Source of the DNA: Monocercomonoides exilis PA203
Lineage: Eukaryota > Protista > Preaxostyla
Assembly: GCA_001643675.2 (NCBI GenBank)
Contig: LSRY02000009.1
Coordinates: 62,001 to 126,000, forward strand
Direction of reading: 5' to 3'
Length of the DNA: 64,000 nucleotides
Made by a program: the position numbers and the translations under genes. The notes beneath the pieces are model-generated. The model worked only from the letters and a program-made list of their open reading frames with translations. It made no database searches and had not been told where the DNA came from. Positions 10,260 to 25,200 of this stretch are shown here, one piece after another (the first letter of the stretch is position 1; each line of letters starts with the position of its first letter).

Positions 10260-13200
10260 TTATTCGCAAATAGTAACAACTTGATAGCGTTTCCATTTTT
10301 CTCGATCTGAAGTTGGTAATTTAATGAACAAATTTTTATTGGTATGAGCTTGATTTGCTCTGGGTTCATGAAGGAGAGGGCAATAATAATAAATCTGTTC
10401 ATTTGGTGTGTTATCAGTTGAATAATTTGTATCCTGGTTGAGCACAGAGGAAGAAGGGGTAAGTATAACTGATGGCAGAGGAGAAGTGAAGCGCATCGAA
10501 GAAAGCTCTTCCAATTTTCCAGTTTCTCGTTGGAGTTCTGTTCCAACAAGAGAAAGCCCTTCAATAATGATTGGCTTTTCTTTCTCAAATCCTTTTTTCT
10601 CCTCATTTTCCGCAGCTTCTCCAACCAAATTTCCTTCCAACCGAATCGACTTCAAGCTTTTCCCTGTGCATCGTGCAAAGTGGCGCGCAATCGAGTCAAT
10701 CATCGCCTCCGGATTGAACAAGGCGCTGAGAACAAGCCGGAGCGGCTGATTAGCAACGACTGAACGCAGTGCTGTGTCCACAGCATAAACAGCTCTCTGC
10801 ACACAAAGCAGGAAGCACTCAATGTTCTCCAGCTTCATCGCTGCCTTTGCCCTCTGCTTGTGAATGGGCAGCAGCTCCAGCCATCTTCCTGGAGTCTCAT
10901 TCATCTGGAGCGAGCGGAGGAGTCTTGCTGCAGCTGCTGTCGAAGAGCGGCGATGAGGCGGCAGAGCAGCTGCCTCACTCGAAAGAGAGCGCAGAGAGGA
11001 GCGGATGTCATCAATTGCCCTGTTCCACTGCTTGGCCTCTTCGCGCAGACTGAGTAGAATCGGATCGTCGATGTCTGAGAAATCAAGGATCTTCGCATGC
11101 TCATGATACACACTCTCTTCTTCTTCTTCTTCTTCTCCGTATTCCTCATCTTCATTCTCATCATCATCGTCACCTTCATCTGATCCTTCGCTGTATGATT
11201 CATCGACACTTGCATAGTTTGCCTCACTTGGTGACATCTGCAGCTGCTGTCCAACCACTTTGTGACTGATGCGCTCAGGCAGCGCCTTCAGAATACGATC
11301 CACAATTTGATTCTTTTTTGCATCGAGTTGCTGTTCTGATTCATTTTTGGCTTCTTTTTCATCTGTTTCTTCTTTTGCACTGTTCTCTTTGCTCTCCACA
11401 GCACCTATCGCACTCCCACCCCCACTTCCTCTGCGTGTCCCATCCTCATTTTGCGTTGTCTCATCCGTCAGAACAATCGAGCTGCCGAGGATGTTTGACA
11501 CATGCACCGCCATCCTTCCCAGCTGCTGTGTCCATCTCTCTGCTTCAGCCAGCGCAGCCGCCCGGCGCATTGAAAGAGGAAGCGGAATGAGTTCTGACAG
11601 CTGCTCCCCTCCGCCTTGCTGCACAAACGCCTCGATTGTTTCCAGGCTGCGGCACACGTCAGCACACTCTGAGGCATCTTTGCCCAACAGACAGGCAAAG
11701 TAGATGGGAGTGAGCAGATGTTCGTTGAAGAAGAAGTCGAAGATGGCATCGAGCGATGCCTTTGCCATTCGAGAAGAGAGATGTCCGCCGTAAATGTTCT
11801 GTGCGACTGACAAGCGGATTGCCTCAATAAGAGATGAAATGCTGTCTCTTTCGTCGTCTTCTTCCTCCACATCGTGCTGCTTCACGTTGTGTGTATATGC
11901 CACATACAGCTGCTCCATCAGCTTCATCGCAGCTGCAAAATCGCTTTCATTCCACGATGTCTTCCGCACAGTCGTCGGGTGCTGCAATGAAAGTGTCTGC
12001 TGAATGCGCTGCTTCTCCACACAGAACGAGTGGAACAGCACCAACGCTACACTCAGCCGCTGCCACACCTCGTCTTCGTCTTCGTCTCCTTCTGCACATT
12101 TCGAATGCTTCTTTGCCAGTGCAATTGTGTGGAGCAAACGTCCGCTGAGACTCGATGGGGGAGAGATGACGAGCTTGTAGCTGTCGTGTATTACCATCTG
12201 CGGAAGAGCACATGCATTGCGCTTTCGATCCACCTCAGCTGTGACAACCAGGCGGAACAGCGGATTCACCTGCCGCACAGCACGCACCCCGCTCACGAAG
12301 TCGATCAGAAGATGGCCACTGTTCGCAACCATCTGCTCAGCATCGCGCAGAAACACCCACGACGCGCTCTCCTTTGCCTTCGCAATGATCTGCTTCACAT
12401 CACCCGGTTTCAGCTTCTTCAAAGAAATGCTCACAAACCGCTTCGACAGCTCTGTGGGGTCTTCGGTGTCGTTTGTGGTGAGCAGGTGCTGGAGAGGGTT
12501 GTATCCGTGTTCGTGGATGATCACAATGGGTGTGCGTGCATCGACTCTTTCAATCATCTTCACAAAGTTGTCTGTCTCCGGAAGCTTTAGAATCTCTGGC
12601 CCCAACTTTGCCTTCACAACTTGCGAGACCTGAGAGAGAAACACGTCTTCTTTCAGAATACGAACAAGCAGCAGTTTTAAGAGTGGAGTGAGCGAGTGCT
12701 GGAAGGGCTCTGGCATCTGTTCATCAACAAAAGCACTGCTCATCCACTTTGCCCACCCAGCAGCGGTGGCTTGGTTCGAAAGAGAGGCAGTCAGCCCCAC
12801 GAATGGCTGTGTCTCCTGCGAAGGAAGGATGGTCGTGAAGACAGCACCACCAGCACCACCGCCAGCAGCAGAAGATGATTGAGCTGTGTGTGTCCGTGAA
12901 GAAGCTGCTGTTCCCCGCCGACTCCTCGAAACAGATCGGTTTCTCGACGCTGCACGCGACGCAACAGCCGCAAGAATCTCTTCGTCGTTTAGTCCTTTTT
13001 CAGTCTGCTTTGTTTCCAAAGGAGAGGGAGATCTGAACTCGTCCCTGGTTCCATCTAAAGACTGTTTCTTTTCGTTGCGAGAGAGTTGCAGAATGGTTGG
13101 TGCTTCCACATGTTTCAGTGACTCCAACTGCAGAAGTGCCTTGTGTTGTGCTTCTGTGAGTTCAAATGGTGGCTTGTTATCTTCTGGTTTGGACTCTTGT

Positions 13201-16200
13201 TCAGACTCTGAGTGAGTTTCAACTGATGCTTCAGAAGATTGCTGGGTGAATGGAGTAGAAGAGGAGGTGATGTGCAGAGGAGAAGATGGGGTGAATGTTT
13301 GTGAAATGTCAGTTTTCCTGCTATTTGTGCAATTTGCACTGTCTGCATTGAAGCATCGGATGATCAGATTAGCTTCTTCAGGTGAAATGTACCCATCAGA
13401 ATAAGATGTGACCACAACTGCCATAAAAGCAAAGATGAGCCGATCAGTTTCAAACAGACTGCGCGCAATGCGAATACACACGCTCTTCATGACAGCGTCG
13501 AGAAGAGTGCTCAGCTGCTGCTTGGAGAGAGAGAAGAGGCTGTGCAAACGCACACACGGGATTGGGGTGGTGTGTTGAGAGGTGTAATATTCAGAGGATG
13601 AAGTGTCGAGAGAAATAGGAAGTGGAGATGGAGAAGAAGAAGCAGCAGAAGCAGAAGCAGAAGGAGATGTTGAAGGAGAAGTTGATGAAGTGTTCAGATG
13701 TTGTGTGATTGTGCTTTGTTGGCTGCTCGCTCCATTTTCTTTCCCATTCGACTGCTCAAACAGTTCGCTTCCATCTGCTGCTTCTGCCTTCATCCACTGC
13801 TCCACGCCCCTCAACACCATTCCTCTCATCGATGGAATCGAAAACTGATACAGCGAGCACACATTCCTCATTTCATTGGCTGCAAAGAACAGCTGGGCCG
13901 CTCGTCTGGCCACAGGACGCAGCTCTTCTCTCGCCATTGTAAGTGCCACTGTCTGCTCAGCAATCATTTGTGTCTTCTCCTTCACAGCATGAGACTCATT
14001 CCGCATTGCTTCGACTGACAGAAGCGCTTCGTCTTTCTCAATGGCCTGTGAAGTGGAAGCAGACAGAGTGATCATCAGGGCACTCTCCTTCTTTTCACAC
14101 TCAGCCACATTTTCAGCTGCTGCCTCCATCGCCTCGTCAAACCCAGAGGCAACACTCGGTACCATCTTCTTTGTGATGGCAGACAGAAACTCTTCTTCGA
14201 TACCAGCAGGCGTGACAGTGAAGTTGATGACTGTGCAGTCGGCAAAGATGTCTGACTTGAACTTCGGCTGGCGCAGCTGCGTTGCCAAAATGAGAACAAA
14301 GTTCGGAGAAACAGGTACATTCGGATTCGACCCAATTCGCACTGTTGTTGCCCTGCCGCGTTTGAGTACGCGGACAAGCGAGTCTTCGAAGAGTGTCTCG
14401 CCAATGTGCTCGACAAGCAGCGGGAATCCGTTTGTGAGGCACTCTTCCATCACCTCGTCGAAGGAAGGGTCGCCCTGCTTGACCACTTTCATCTCTCTCT
14501 CTGCTGCCCACGTCTGCTTCAGAAACTCTGTAGCTGTTCTGTCTGGGTCAACTAGCACACACGTCTTCTGGCTACGCATCAGCAGGATGGCATTGGAGAT
14601 TGTCACAGAGTCATTCAACAGGCCTGCACGGCACCAGTTGCGGATCTGTTTTGGTGTCGACAGGAGAGCATCGAGGTAGAATTCTTTCTCTTCTGAAAAC
14701 GGAAGAGATTCCTTTTTGAAGGCCAGCTCCCATTCAGTGATGATCTCACGCCGCCACTCTCCAGAGAATGGGCCGAGATAAGCGAGATAACCAGAGGCAA
14801 TCAGAGCATCTCCGTGGAGGCTGGCCATCTTCTTCCCCAGCTGGTTCAGCTTCTCCTTCCACTCCTCCTCTTCCTCCATCATCAGCTGCAGCAGACGCTC
14901 ACACCGCTGAATTTTGGCATTGGTCTCGTCAACAGCAGCCGATGCATTCGTTTTGCGTGTGGATGAAGTGGAGAATTCTCCAAATGCAGCATCATGTTCT
15001 GCTTTCGCCTTGTTCAGCAGCTCTTCTTTTTCATCAGCCACTTTCTGCATCTCGCCAAGTACCTTCTCCATCTCCTTCAGCTTCTCTGTGTTTGGCTCTT
15101 CCTCCTTCAGCATCTGGCTGTAATCGTAGAGTGCATGCACCCACATACACAGCCCCTTTGCAGGGAGGCTGCTTGTACCGATAATGTCTGGCTGGAACTT
15201 TGGTGACTGAATGTACGTTTTGCTGAGCTGCTTCTGGATTGTCTCATCCAGCGTCGTCTTGTCGAAGTCCTCTATCCGTGCCACGATATCTGAGCCCAAC
15301 AGCTTCTTTGCCGAGTCCCATGTCTGCTGCTCTCGGAATACCAGTGACACAGCCTGCATCACAAGTGTCACTGATTCAGGTGGGCGGACAAGCTGCTTCA
15401 CTTCGTTGAAGTCTTCTCGCTGCAGCGTCTGCAGCAGCCCCAGTGCCTCGTTGTAGCGCTGCATCACAGCATCGAACTTTGCCTGTGTATTTTGTCTGAG
15501 CTGATTCACTTGCGAGGAGTATTCATTCACTTTCTTGTTTTCCTCGTTCAGCTCATTTTCTCTCTGTTGGATGAGCGCATTGTGTTTTGCCAAGATGTTC
15601 TCATGTTGTTTAACATCATCTTCACTCGATGCCAACTTTGACATCAGCAGCTTCAATTTCTCTGAAATCTGTCTTTTTGCAGAAAGAATTGTCTCTTTTA
15701 CTTTCAGTGCATTGCTGACTGTACCAATCTCCTTCGACAGGTTCGTCTCCAACTCTTTCTCAACCGCCTCAAACGAATCCAACAGCAGCGAGAATGATGC
15801 CAGCGAGATGTACGACGCTGTGCCTGTCTGTGCTTCGCATTGTGCCGCCAGTCGCTCAGCCACTTTGTGCACATTCACGCAGCATTTGGTGAGGGTCTTC
15901 CGCTGGATTTCTTGGATGTTCCAGCGCGACGCCCGCTTCCAGGCAATCTGATACAAACTCTCTTCAGATGGCTCTGTGAACCAATCGAGTGTGCATCTCT
16001 TTAGCACACCTGGATAGGAAGAGAAGATGGAAGATAGAACAGTTGGGTCAGGACTTACACAGAATACAACGTGGAAATGCTTCTTGATGTTGTTGTAGAA
16101 GAAGCTGAGTACATCTTCTCTGTCCAGCTCAAACTCTGCCTCATCTTCTGACCCCAACGCAAGTTCATCTTCAGAAGGCGTCATCCACTTTCTCAAGCAC

Positions 16201-19200
16201 TCCACCAATTTGTCTTCCTCTTCTTTCGTCCACAAGTCAGGCAACACTCCTTCAACGAGCAGCGTGTTGATCTCTTTCAGAATCCACTGATGGCTCTTCT
16301 TCTCAATGTGCTTGTCTGTAATGCACAGCACCACACCGCCTTCTTCCTTCCCTGCCTTCTCCTGCAGCCTCTTCATGTGCTCTCTAAATTGCTCCATTCC
16401 ATATGATGATGATAGGCTGGGTGTATCAAACGTATCTCCATTCATCCACGCTGCCAGACGAGCAAGCGACGTTCGGCCTGTTCTTGTGCGGCTGACCAAA
16501 AGTGAATGCTGAAGAGGAAGGTGCAACAGACGAGATAAGCGAGTGAGATGGCAGATGGCATCCCAAAAGAACTCAATCTGAATTGGACGCAGCATCTGCC
16601 CAGTTGATTGCAAATAATCCTTCTCTTCCGTCTCTTTCTTCTCTTTTTCCTTCTTTTTCTTTTTCTTTTCTTGTTCAACACTTTGCTTGCTGGCAAGCTC
16701 GTTGTACTTCTCAAGATTGGCATAAAGAATCTTTTCGAGTGCGTCTGCATCTCCAAAATTGCGATACTCTTTCTTCTGTTTCAAACGATTTTTCAACGCT
16801 TTTGCGACCTTTTCTTCTTCATTTTCGGATTCTTCGCTTTCTTCATTGTTCGCCTTTGGTTCTTCATAGTTAGCAAACAGAAGCTTGCTTGGCGCGTCCA
16901 ACTCTCTCGATATCTGCCCTGAAAGAGATTCCGAAAATGAACCCAGCGACTCCTTCGCCACACTCGACAACTGTTCATCAAACACATTCTGATCAGCTTC
17001 AGTGACAAGACGGTCGCGATAGACACGACATGCCTCGTGGAGAAACAGTTTGGACAGAGTGAAAGGAGATGAAGAGCAAGACGGACTGATTGACTTGGAG
17101 GCAAAATACGATTGTGATTGGAAGGAGAGAAGAGAAAGCGAGTCGAGAATGATAGGAACGCTGAAGTGAACGATGCTTCGTGTCAGTTTCAGCAAGTCGT
17201 GGAGATTGAACTGATAGTGCTGAGTGAGTGAAGATGTCTGTTGGAAGTGTGCATTCATCTTCTGATTGAGAGAGACAATTGCATCTGCAAGATGTGCAGT
17301 GAATGACTGTATCGATGCAGACATCGGCTGATTGGGATGCGAAAAGGCAGAGTTGATCATAGAAGACACAATCTTCGTCTGCGATGGAAGAGATAGAGGT
17401 GGAAGAGAGACGATGTGGAAGCGATGTGCTAGCCTTCCCAAACACGCTTGTGACAGAGAATAGCGAGACTGCGACTGAGATGAGTCAGAAAGAGTGGACA
17501 TGTTTGGAGGCAGAGAGCAGTTGAGCAAGACGGATGTGTCCGTTATGCTCACAGCTTCCTTTGAGTCTGTGCTGAACAGTTCGTTCTGCTCAACCAGCTG
17601 TCGAATGAGTGAAAGCGGCTGATTGGCAACAGAACTTTGTGGTGCTGTTCGCTTTTCGTGTTCATACAGCATCGTGTCTGCATCATCAATGAGTAGAACA
17701 GCCTGCTTGCCTATGGCTGGTCCGAAGATTGTGCTGCTTCGATGCGACATCTTCTGTGTGATCTGCTTTTTGATGTCGGCAGAGGTTGCCTGACGCGACA
17801 GACTGATGTGCATCGTCTCGTTCAGTTCGTTTGGCAGATCGCTGTTTGTGTCTGTCGCATTAGAGCGGAGTGTGGAGCGACTCATAGTTCCGAAGAGGTG
17901 TGTGAGTGAGACAGCCCTCTTCAGCGTCTCAGTCTTCCCGCTTCCTCCGTCACCTACAACAAGCACATTTCTATGAGCATTCAGCAGTGTGTTGACAACC
18001 AGTGCAGCCGAGACTGACTCTTCTGTCCACACAAATTGCTCCTCCACTGCGAGTGTCTGCCGCTCCTTCTCTCTTTCTCTCTTCAGCACACTCGGTGCAT
18101 GCACCGACCATCTGTCCCACGAAGGCGTCTGTGTTGTGTCATTTACAACCACATCAAACACTGAGCATCCACGTGGGAACGTGATGTCCATAATAAACGC
18201 AACCATCGCTTCGCTGCTCGCGTTGGTTTGGCTGCGCAAAACAGACGAAGAAGGAGCACGACTCAGCGATGCTGCAGGCTTCGGGTTGTATTGTTCAGCA
18301 GACATCGACGAAGCAGCTGCAGCAGCATCCATCGAGATGAGGCTAATAAGATAGTCATTAAAGCGCTTCTTGCTTTGAGCATCTAGACACGCACCGAATG
18401 TCCAGATGAGAGCGAATAAGCAATGCTTAGCTGCCAAAGATGAGGGATAGCTTTCGAACGGAAATTGAACAGGTATTGCTGTGTGTGATATTGAAATTGG
18501 GAGTGGCAAATGCCAACTGGGAATTGGCTGCACTTCAACTGGATTAAGCATTGATTGAAGAATGATGTCAACATGTTCCTTTCTTCGCTCAATCGACAGT
18601 TTTTCCATTGAACGCGATGCTGATGGTGTGTTTGGTGTGCCTGGTTGCGTGGGCATGGCTGAGCGATCTGCGGAAACAGCAGAGCTAAGTTGCGAGGCAG
18701 AAGCTTTTGAAGGCACTCTCCCTGTTTTTAGAGAGGCAGATGAGATTTTAGCAGATGTCTGTTGAGCAGATAATGGAATGGAGTCTGAATGGAGTGCGGA
18801 ATATCCATCAGAATGATCAAATTTCCCGCTCAGCCTGCTCTTTCGGAGCAGTCTGGAAGCTGCTGATTCCTTTGCGATATTTGTGAAGAGTGTGAAGAAG
18901 TTGAGGAGAAGAGAAGGGACTGTCACAGAAGCTATTGGGCGCAGTGGAAGTGTTTGTGAAGACTCACTCATTTGCGATGAGAGATCGTTTGCTGGCTGTG
19001 TTGAACTCTCTTTTCTCGGAAATTCTTTTGGAGTGTCTGCATGTGACTTGAAGAAACTGATGACAGGATTGACGAGAAAACGAAGAGCACTCTCAATGCA
19101 TGTTGTGAGTGTTGGAAATGCAGCCAGAAACTGCTTCTTCCACAGTGTGCACATATCGTCGATGTTGAACAGCTCATCCTCCAACACAACTGAAGCACAT

Positions 19201-22200
19201 CTCGCAAGCAGCGATGGTGATGCCTCTTTCAGAGAGGCAGTCTCAAAGAGGATGGTCACACACTCTGGAATAAGTAGGAGCTCTCCTGAAGGAAGGCAGA
19301 GTGAATGGTCAGAGTCCAAACACGAGGCGAGTGTAGAGACAAGAGGATGTGATAGAACTCCATCAATCACAATGATGTGATGTGCAGGATACATCACCTT
19401 TGCTGCCTCTTCTGCAGTGAGAAGAGATTCTTCTGCGATTATGCTTTTTATCAGCTGTGGAATGACTCCATCTTTCCATTTGCTTGTCTGTGAATCGAAT
19501 GTGCCAATAAGCATATCCATATCATCTGCCATCGAATGAAGAATATGCAGCTTCATCTGTCCGTAATCACTTGTCACTGGCTCAATTTCTCCTTCTTCCT
19601 CATTTTTGACTTCACTTTGTTCAGCTTCAGCGGAATTATCGGATTGGATTTCGCTATCTTTCTGTTGCTCTTCCTGTTTGCTTTCATTCACTTCATGATT
19701 CTTGTAGTTTGTTTCAGCTTGTTTTTCTTGAGTTTTCTCTTTCTCTCCTTCTTTCATTTGCAACTCATACTTCACTCTTCTCTCGTGCACATCATTCACT
19801 GCATTGCAAATAGCCTTCAAAAGAGTTGTCTTTCCGATTCCAGCGCTGCCAGCTAGTATCACACCCTTCCTAACATCCTCGTCATTCCCATTTCCAACTC
19901 TCCCACCACACCAAAGCGCATCAACAAGCTTTGCAGCTGAGCGGAAAAAGGCGGAAGATGGAGCAACAGATTGAACAGATAAAACGCTGACGAGAGACGA
20001 ATAGAGTTGACGGTATTGAGAAAGGAAAGAGACAACCAGTGGGTCCTTTTCCATGTGGAGTTGAGCCAAAGTCACTTCAGAAGGAGTCTGCATTCCAGAC
20101 GGCATGGCAGATGTTCCCTCTGATGTGAACGATTCGATTTCAAACATCTCCTTCAGAAACACTTTGAACTTTTTGAAGTCCGCTTCTGCAAGCTTTGACT
20201 GAAACACCTCAGAAAGTGCATTCATCAGCAACAGTTCTTCTTCCTTCTGTGTGACTGATCCGCTTTCCTCCTTCTGCTTCTTCAGCACTCCAGCACGAGA
20301 AATGCATGTCTTGAATGTGCGGAGGGAGAGATGGCATTGTGCCAGACGAGAGAGATTCGTCTGGCAGAGTGTCATCAGCCGCGCCAGACGAGATGCCAAA
20401 TCGAGTGTGTGCTGTTCCGATGAATTCAGCCCAGCCACAACAAGAAACGAGTTCAGAATGGGGAGCGAATCAGGCGTTGTCATCGTCACTGGACGAAGCA
20501 GCGTGGAGAATGCTGCCACGGATGGAGCAGTCGAATCGAACAACACTTTGTGTCTTGGATTGTTTGTTTCTGTGGTAACCACAAAGAAGGCAGACTGTTT
20601 GTGGAGTGGATTCTGCGCGCCATTGAAATCAAACACTGGCTTTGCAGACTGAATGGAGTGCTGAATGGACAGCAAAAGTTCGCTGACGAGTGCAAGTGTC
20701 TTCTCCTCCGCAAACTCCTTCAGCCCTTCCACACACACCATGCGCCCAATCTGTGCCAGCCCAGACAGCCGAGACATGATCAGCTGTGCATTCTGCTCGC
20801 CTGCATTGATCCTCATCAGCGCAAAAGAGCGGCCGAGGAAGTTTGAAAATTCGCGTATTGTTTCAGTTTTCCCCACACCATCCACCCCGCACACATCGGA
20901 AATGGCATTCAGAAAGAGCGCAGACGAAAGTGATGCAAACACCCGTGCTGTGTGAGGTGTGATGCACAGGTGCTGAAAGGCGCCGAGGTAGTTGCAGCCG
21001 TATTCGAATCTATTCAGCCCCTGCTGCACCACACAGCGCTCGCTTTCTGAGTCGTAGAAGTATTGGATGAACTGGCTAAAGGTGTGCCTAAGAATCCACT
21101 CTTTCTCCGGAGAGGATGGCTGGGACATCTGCAGCTGTTCTTCTTCGCTAAGCGATTCTCCATTTGATGACAACACATTTTGTGACAAATGCCTCTCCTT
21201 CGCTTCAATCAGACTGCTCACAACATCTCGTGAATACAACTTCAGCAGAATCTGATTGTCAAAATTCAATCTTTGAAGAGGCTGAAGTGATGCTGATGAT
21301 GCTGTTTCTGTTGGAAGCTTTTGCGTAGCAGATGTTTGGTGTTTCTCAAAATCATCTTCGTCTTTGTTTGAAATGCCTCTTCTCAGAATTTCAGACAACT
21401 TCTTTAAATCTTCATCGACTGTTGCTTTCTCCTTTTCGAGTGCCGATGAATCGCCTTTGAAAAGTCTGTCGAGTGCAGATGAAACAGAATGTGAGTTGAG
21501 AATCTGCGATGTCACAGACACGACTTGCAGAGGGAAACTGGCTGTCCAATCAAAATTGGACGATGCTGCAGCAGAAGCTGCAGCTAAACCGAGGGATTTT
21601 TGGATGAGTCTGTTGATTGTGCTGTGAGTTCTGCTGTCAAACAGCTTCATCCACTGCTCAATCGCTCCTCTCACCAAAACAGGCTCTGCCAATCGCATCT
21701 CCTCTCCCCCAACACCTTCAACGCCTTCAATCACATCTGGCTGTGCTGCCTCTTCCGCTGCCCCATTTGTACCATCGCCACGTGCAATCCTTCCTGCCCC
21801 TTCTTCCGTTGGTGTGCGCTGTGCAGATCGCATCACACGCCTTTTGGCTTCGTTTGATACAGACAGCGTCAATCGGCGAATTGGCTCATACATTTTGCTG
21901 ATGAGTGGCTGAACGAAAGACGGATTGACTGGAAATGTAGCTGTGTTGCAGAGCAGCTCAATGAGTTCAGCGTCTGTCAAAAGGAAGAAGCGCGGGAAGG
22001 CTCTTCGCTTCTCTGCCAGCCAGCCGTCCAGCGACGCTCTTATCTCCTCAGAAAGAGCAGTCACCTTCTCCATTTCTTGAATGGCATCGGGAATTTGAGA
22101 GCATCTGAGACACGCCACAGTTGCCTGCACAGCTGTCATCACTTTCTTCCAACACTTGTCCATCTCTACAAAACGAGGCAGTAGTTGTTTTAGAGGAAGA

Positions 22201-25200
22201 TTGTTCTGTACAAATGAATCGTTAGCGGCTGCAATGGCAGACGAAAGAGAAGAAGAAGGAGACAGCGGAGGTGCTATTTGATTGGCAGATTTGTTAGCAG
22301 ATGAAGCTGAAGAAGCTGATGATGCAGACGAAGAAGAAGAAGAGAAAGCAGAATCAGCCATAAAAGGAGCAAAGAGCTGTGATAAGAGAAGCCACTCCTT
22401 CTGACAGACAGCTGCATGCGATATGAACTCATTCATCTGCCCCAGTGTTTCATTCCACATGACAGCCTCTTTCAGAATCGGCGACACAAATGGAGAGGCG
22501 ATGATGACCTGAAGTTGTATCAGATCTTCCTCAGCGTCTGCTTTCAGCTTCAGAAGCTGCGTTTGATTGAGCATCAGCAGCACATGCGGTTTGTGTGCTG
22601 CGCCTGTCTTCGACAAGATGGCTGGATCGGATGAAGAATCTGGACGCTTCCCTTTCTTTTCCTGATTATTACTATTACCATTACCATGTTGCATTGACTG
22701 TTGTTGTTGCTGCTGCTGTTGTTGAGAAGAAGTGATTGAGATGCTGTTGTTTTGTGGAGCAGCCATCTCAAAGCACGCTGCCCTCCACTTCGCTTTGATT
22801 GACTCCAACTTGACTGAAATCTCATATTCTCCTTTTGCAACAGCTGAGATTTCGAAGATTTGCTGTCTGAACTGTGTCACATTCATCGACAGGAACTGCG
22901 CCAGGTTGACTGTCGCTGTCCATGTCCTCCCAAACAGCTCGAACACCATCCGCCAATGACGCGGCTGCATCGCTGGCACACACACTGCACGCAACAGAGG
23001 CAGATAGGGAAGAAACTCATCAATCGTGTCTATCAGCTTCTTCAGCACAGAATCGTGCTCGTTTTCTCCTGGCAGGTCTACTTTCTCCTGTGCAGCTGCC
23101 TTTCTGGCGTCGCTGTTGATGCGCTGTGCTTCTTCTGTCACTTCAGCTGCATTCAGCTCAGCCAGCTGTGTCATCTTCCATTCAGTCATTGCCAACTGCA
23201 GAGCACTCTGCGACTGCCAAACGAGACGGCGCTGCTGATGTCTGAAGACACACCGAGACACATTCGGAAACTTCAGCTCGTCAATGCCGAGTGTCTGCTG
23301 ATACCCTTCCAGCACACTCTTCCTCTCTTTGTACTGCTCCACAATAGACCCAATCACATCCAGCCGCTGTAGCGCTGCCTTTGGCTCTGTCGACTCGTCC
23401 ACCAAGATGCCCTGGTTGAGGTCGGAGTGTGTCTGCAGCGTGTCTGTCTCCAGCTTCTGCACTTCCTTGTTCAGTGCATTGATCATCCTTGCCCGCTGCG
23501 CCTCGCTCTGCTCTTCGCTTCGGGTGAGCGTCTGTTGGAACTCTACCAGCAGCTCGTGGATGGAGCTGTGCAGCTGCTGCTCCTCCAGCGAAAAGGATGT
23601 GTTGTGAGCATCACACAAACGGCGCATCTCGTCTGTCGAGGCAATTTCAGAGACCAAAAAAGCAGATGTGTCTTTGATGGCACGCAGCTGAAGGAGATAA
23701 CTGCAATATTCACTGAGATGGTGGGGAAGAGTGTTCAATGTTTCAATGCTCTTTTTCAGCTGCTCCTCCACCGCCTTCGCCTTCTCGTTGAACAGATTGT
23801 GCAGATGTGCCTTGATCTGTATGCCTGTCTCTGTTGCCACCGGGAGCAAGTCCTGTTTGAGCGCCCGTGCGTCCATGTTGAGGATGCCACACACAACACT
23901 CACGTTGATTCTGCTGATGTCTGCCAGCCACTGGTCAACCATGTTCAGATGCTCAGCAATCATCTGCACATCCTTCGTCTCTGCACAGTAGGCGTCGGTG
24001 TCCCACTTCAGAGAATGGATGAAGATCTGGCTGAGTGGATAGAACCTCTGCAGATGCTGCTCAGCCCTTGCGTATGACTCCTCTATCACTCTGTGTATCT
24101 CCTCCTTCGCCTTCACAAAGTGCGCATTTGCTGCCAGCATCTGCCGCAGATCGAGTCCAACTGGCGCCTCCTTCGGCAAAAGCGAGCGATGCTGCCCAAT
24201 TCCCAACGGCCTGTCGGCGCTGCACAGAACAGAAATGCCCTCGCTGATGGTGGCATCGACAATGCGGTGGACGAGAGCACAGTCAGGATTCATCGCCAGA
24301 TCAGCTTCTGCTGGCTTGCCTGAAGGTGTCAGATGAGGCTGGGGGAAGAAGCGGCTGGAAAAGGAAGGTGCGTTGGACGAGGGAGGGAGAGAAGAAGGAG
24401 AGGGAGAGCGGTTGTTAAGTCCTCTTTTAAGAGGAGATGAGGTGGTGGATAAAGTGGAAGAGAAAGGAGAAGAGGCAGGAAGAGGGTATATGGATGTGTT
24501 GGACAATGCGTATGTGTTATTCAGCGTGGGAAGAGCAGAAGATGACGCAGAGGTTGAGAAAGAAGAAGGTTGTGCATTCAAGGTGGATTGCAATTGGCCA
24601 TTGTTTCCATTCACATTAGAGTTATATTCATTTTCATTATTGTCTTTGCCCTTTTGTTCATCGCCCTCATCTTCTTCTTCCTCATCATCTTCTTCTTCTT
24701 CGCTTTCTTCGTTAACCGCATTTGGATTATCGTTGTTTTCACCATTCATGTTTTCTTCCTCTTCTTCTTCTTTGTTGACATTGTTTTCTTTCTCTCTTTC
24801 ATTCATTCCATTCTCATTCTCGTTCTCTTCATCATCCTTCGCTCCTTTTATTGCAAGTGCCTTTGGCTTTCTCATCTTCAGCATTTCATTCGTCTTCTCT
24901 TTCTTCTTCCCTTTCCTCTTCTTCTTCGCTTCCTTCTGCACAAACCGGAACTGAACAGTAAACAGAGCCTTCTTCGCATTCAGAAACATTGTGAATGTCT
25001 TCGCCTCTTCCACAACTGACTGCACCATCGTGTCAAACAGATTCTCCACACACAAATAGTCCAGCACCACCACAAACCTCCCCAACATCCTCTCTTCCTC
25101 TCTCGCAATCTGAATCGACCTCTGCTTCGCTTCTTTCTCCTTCTTCTGCTGCGCCATCGACTTCCCCACCTGCGTTGCTGTGATCATCATTGCCAGTGCA

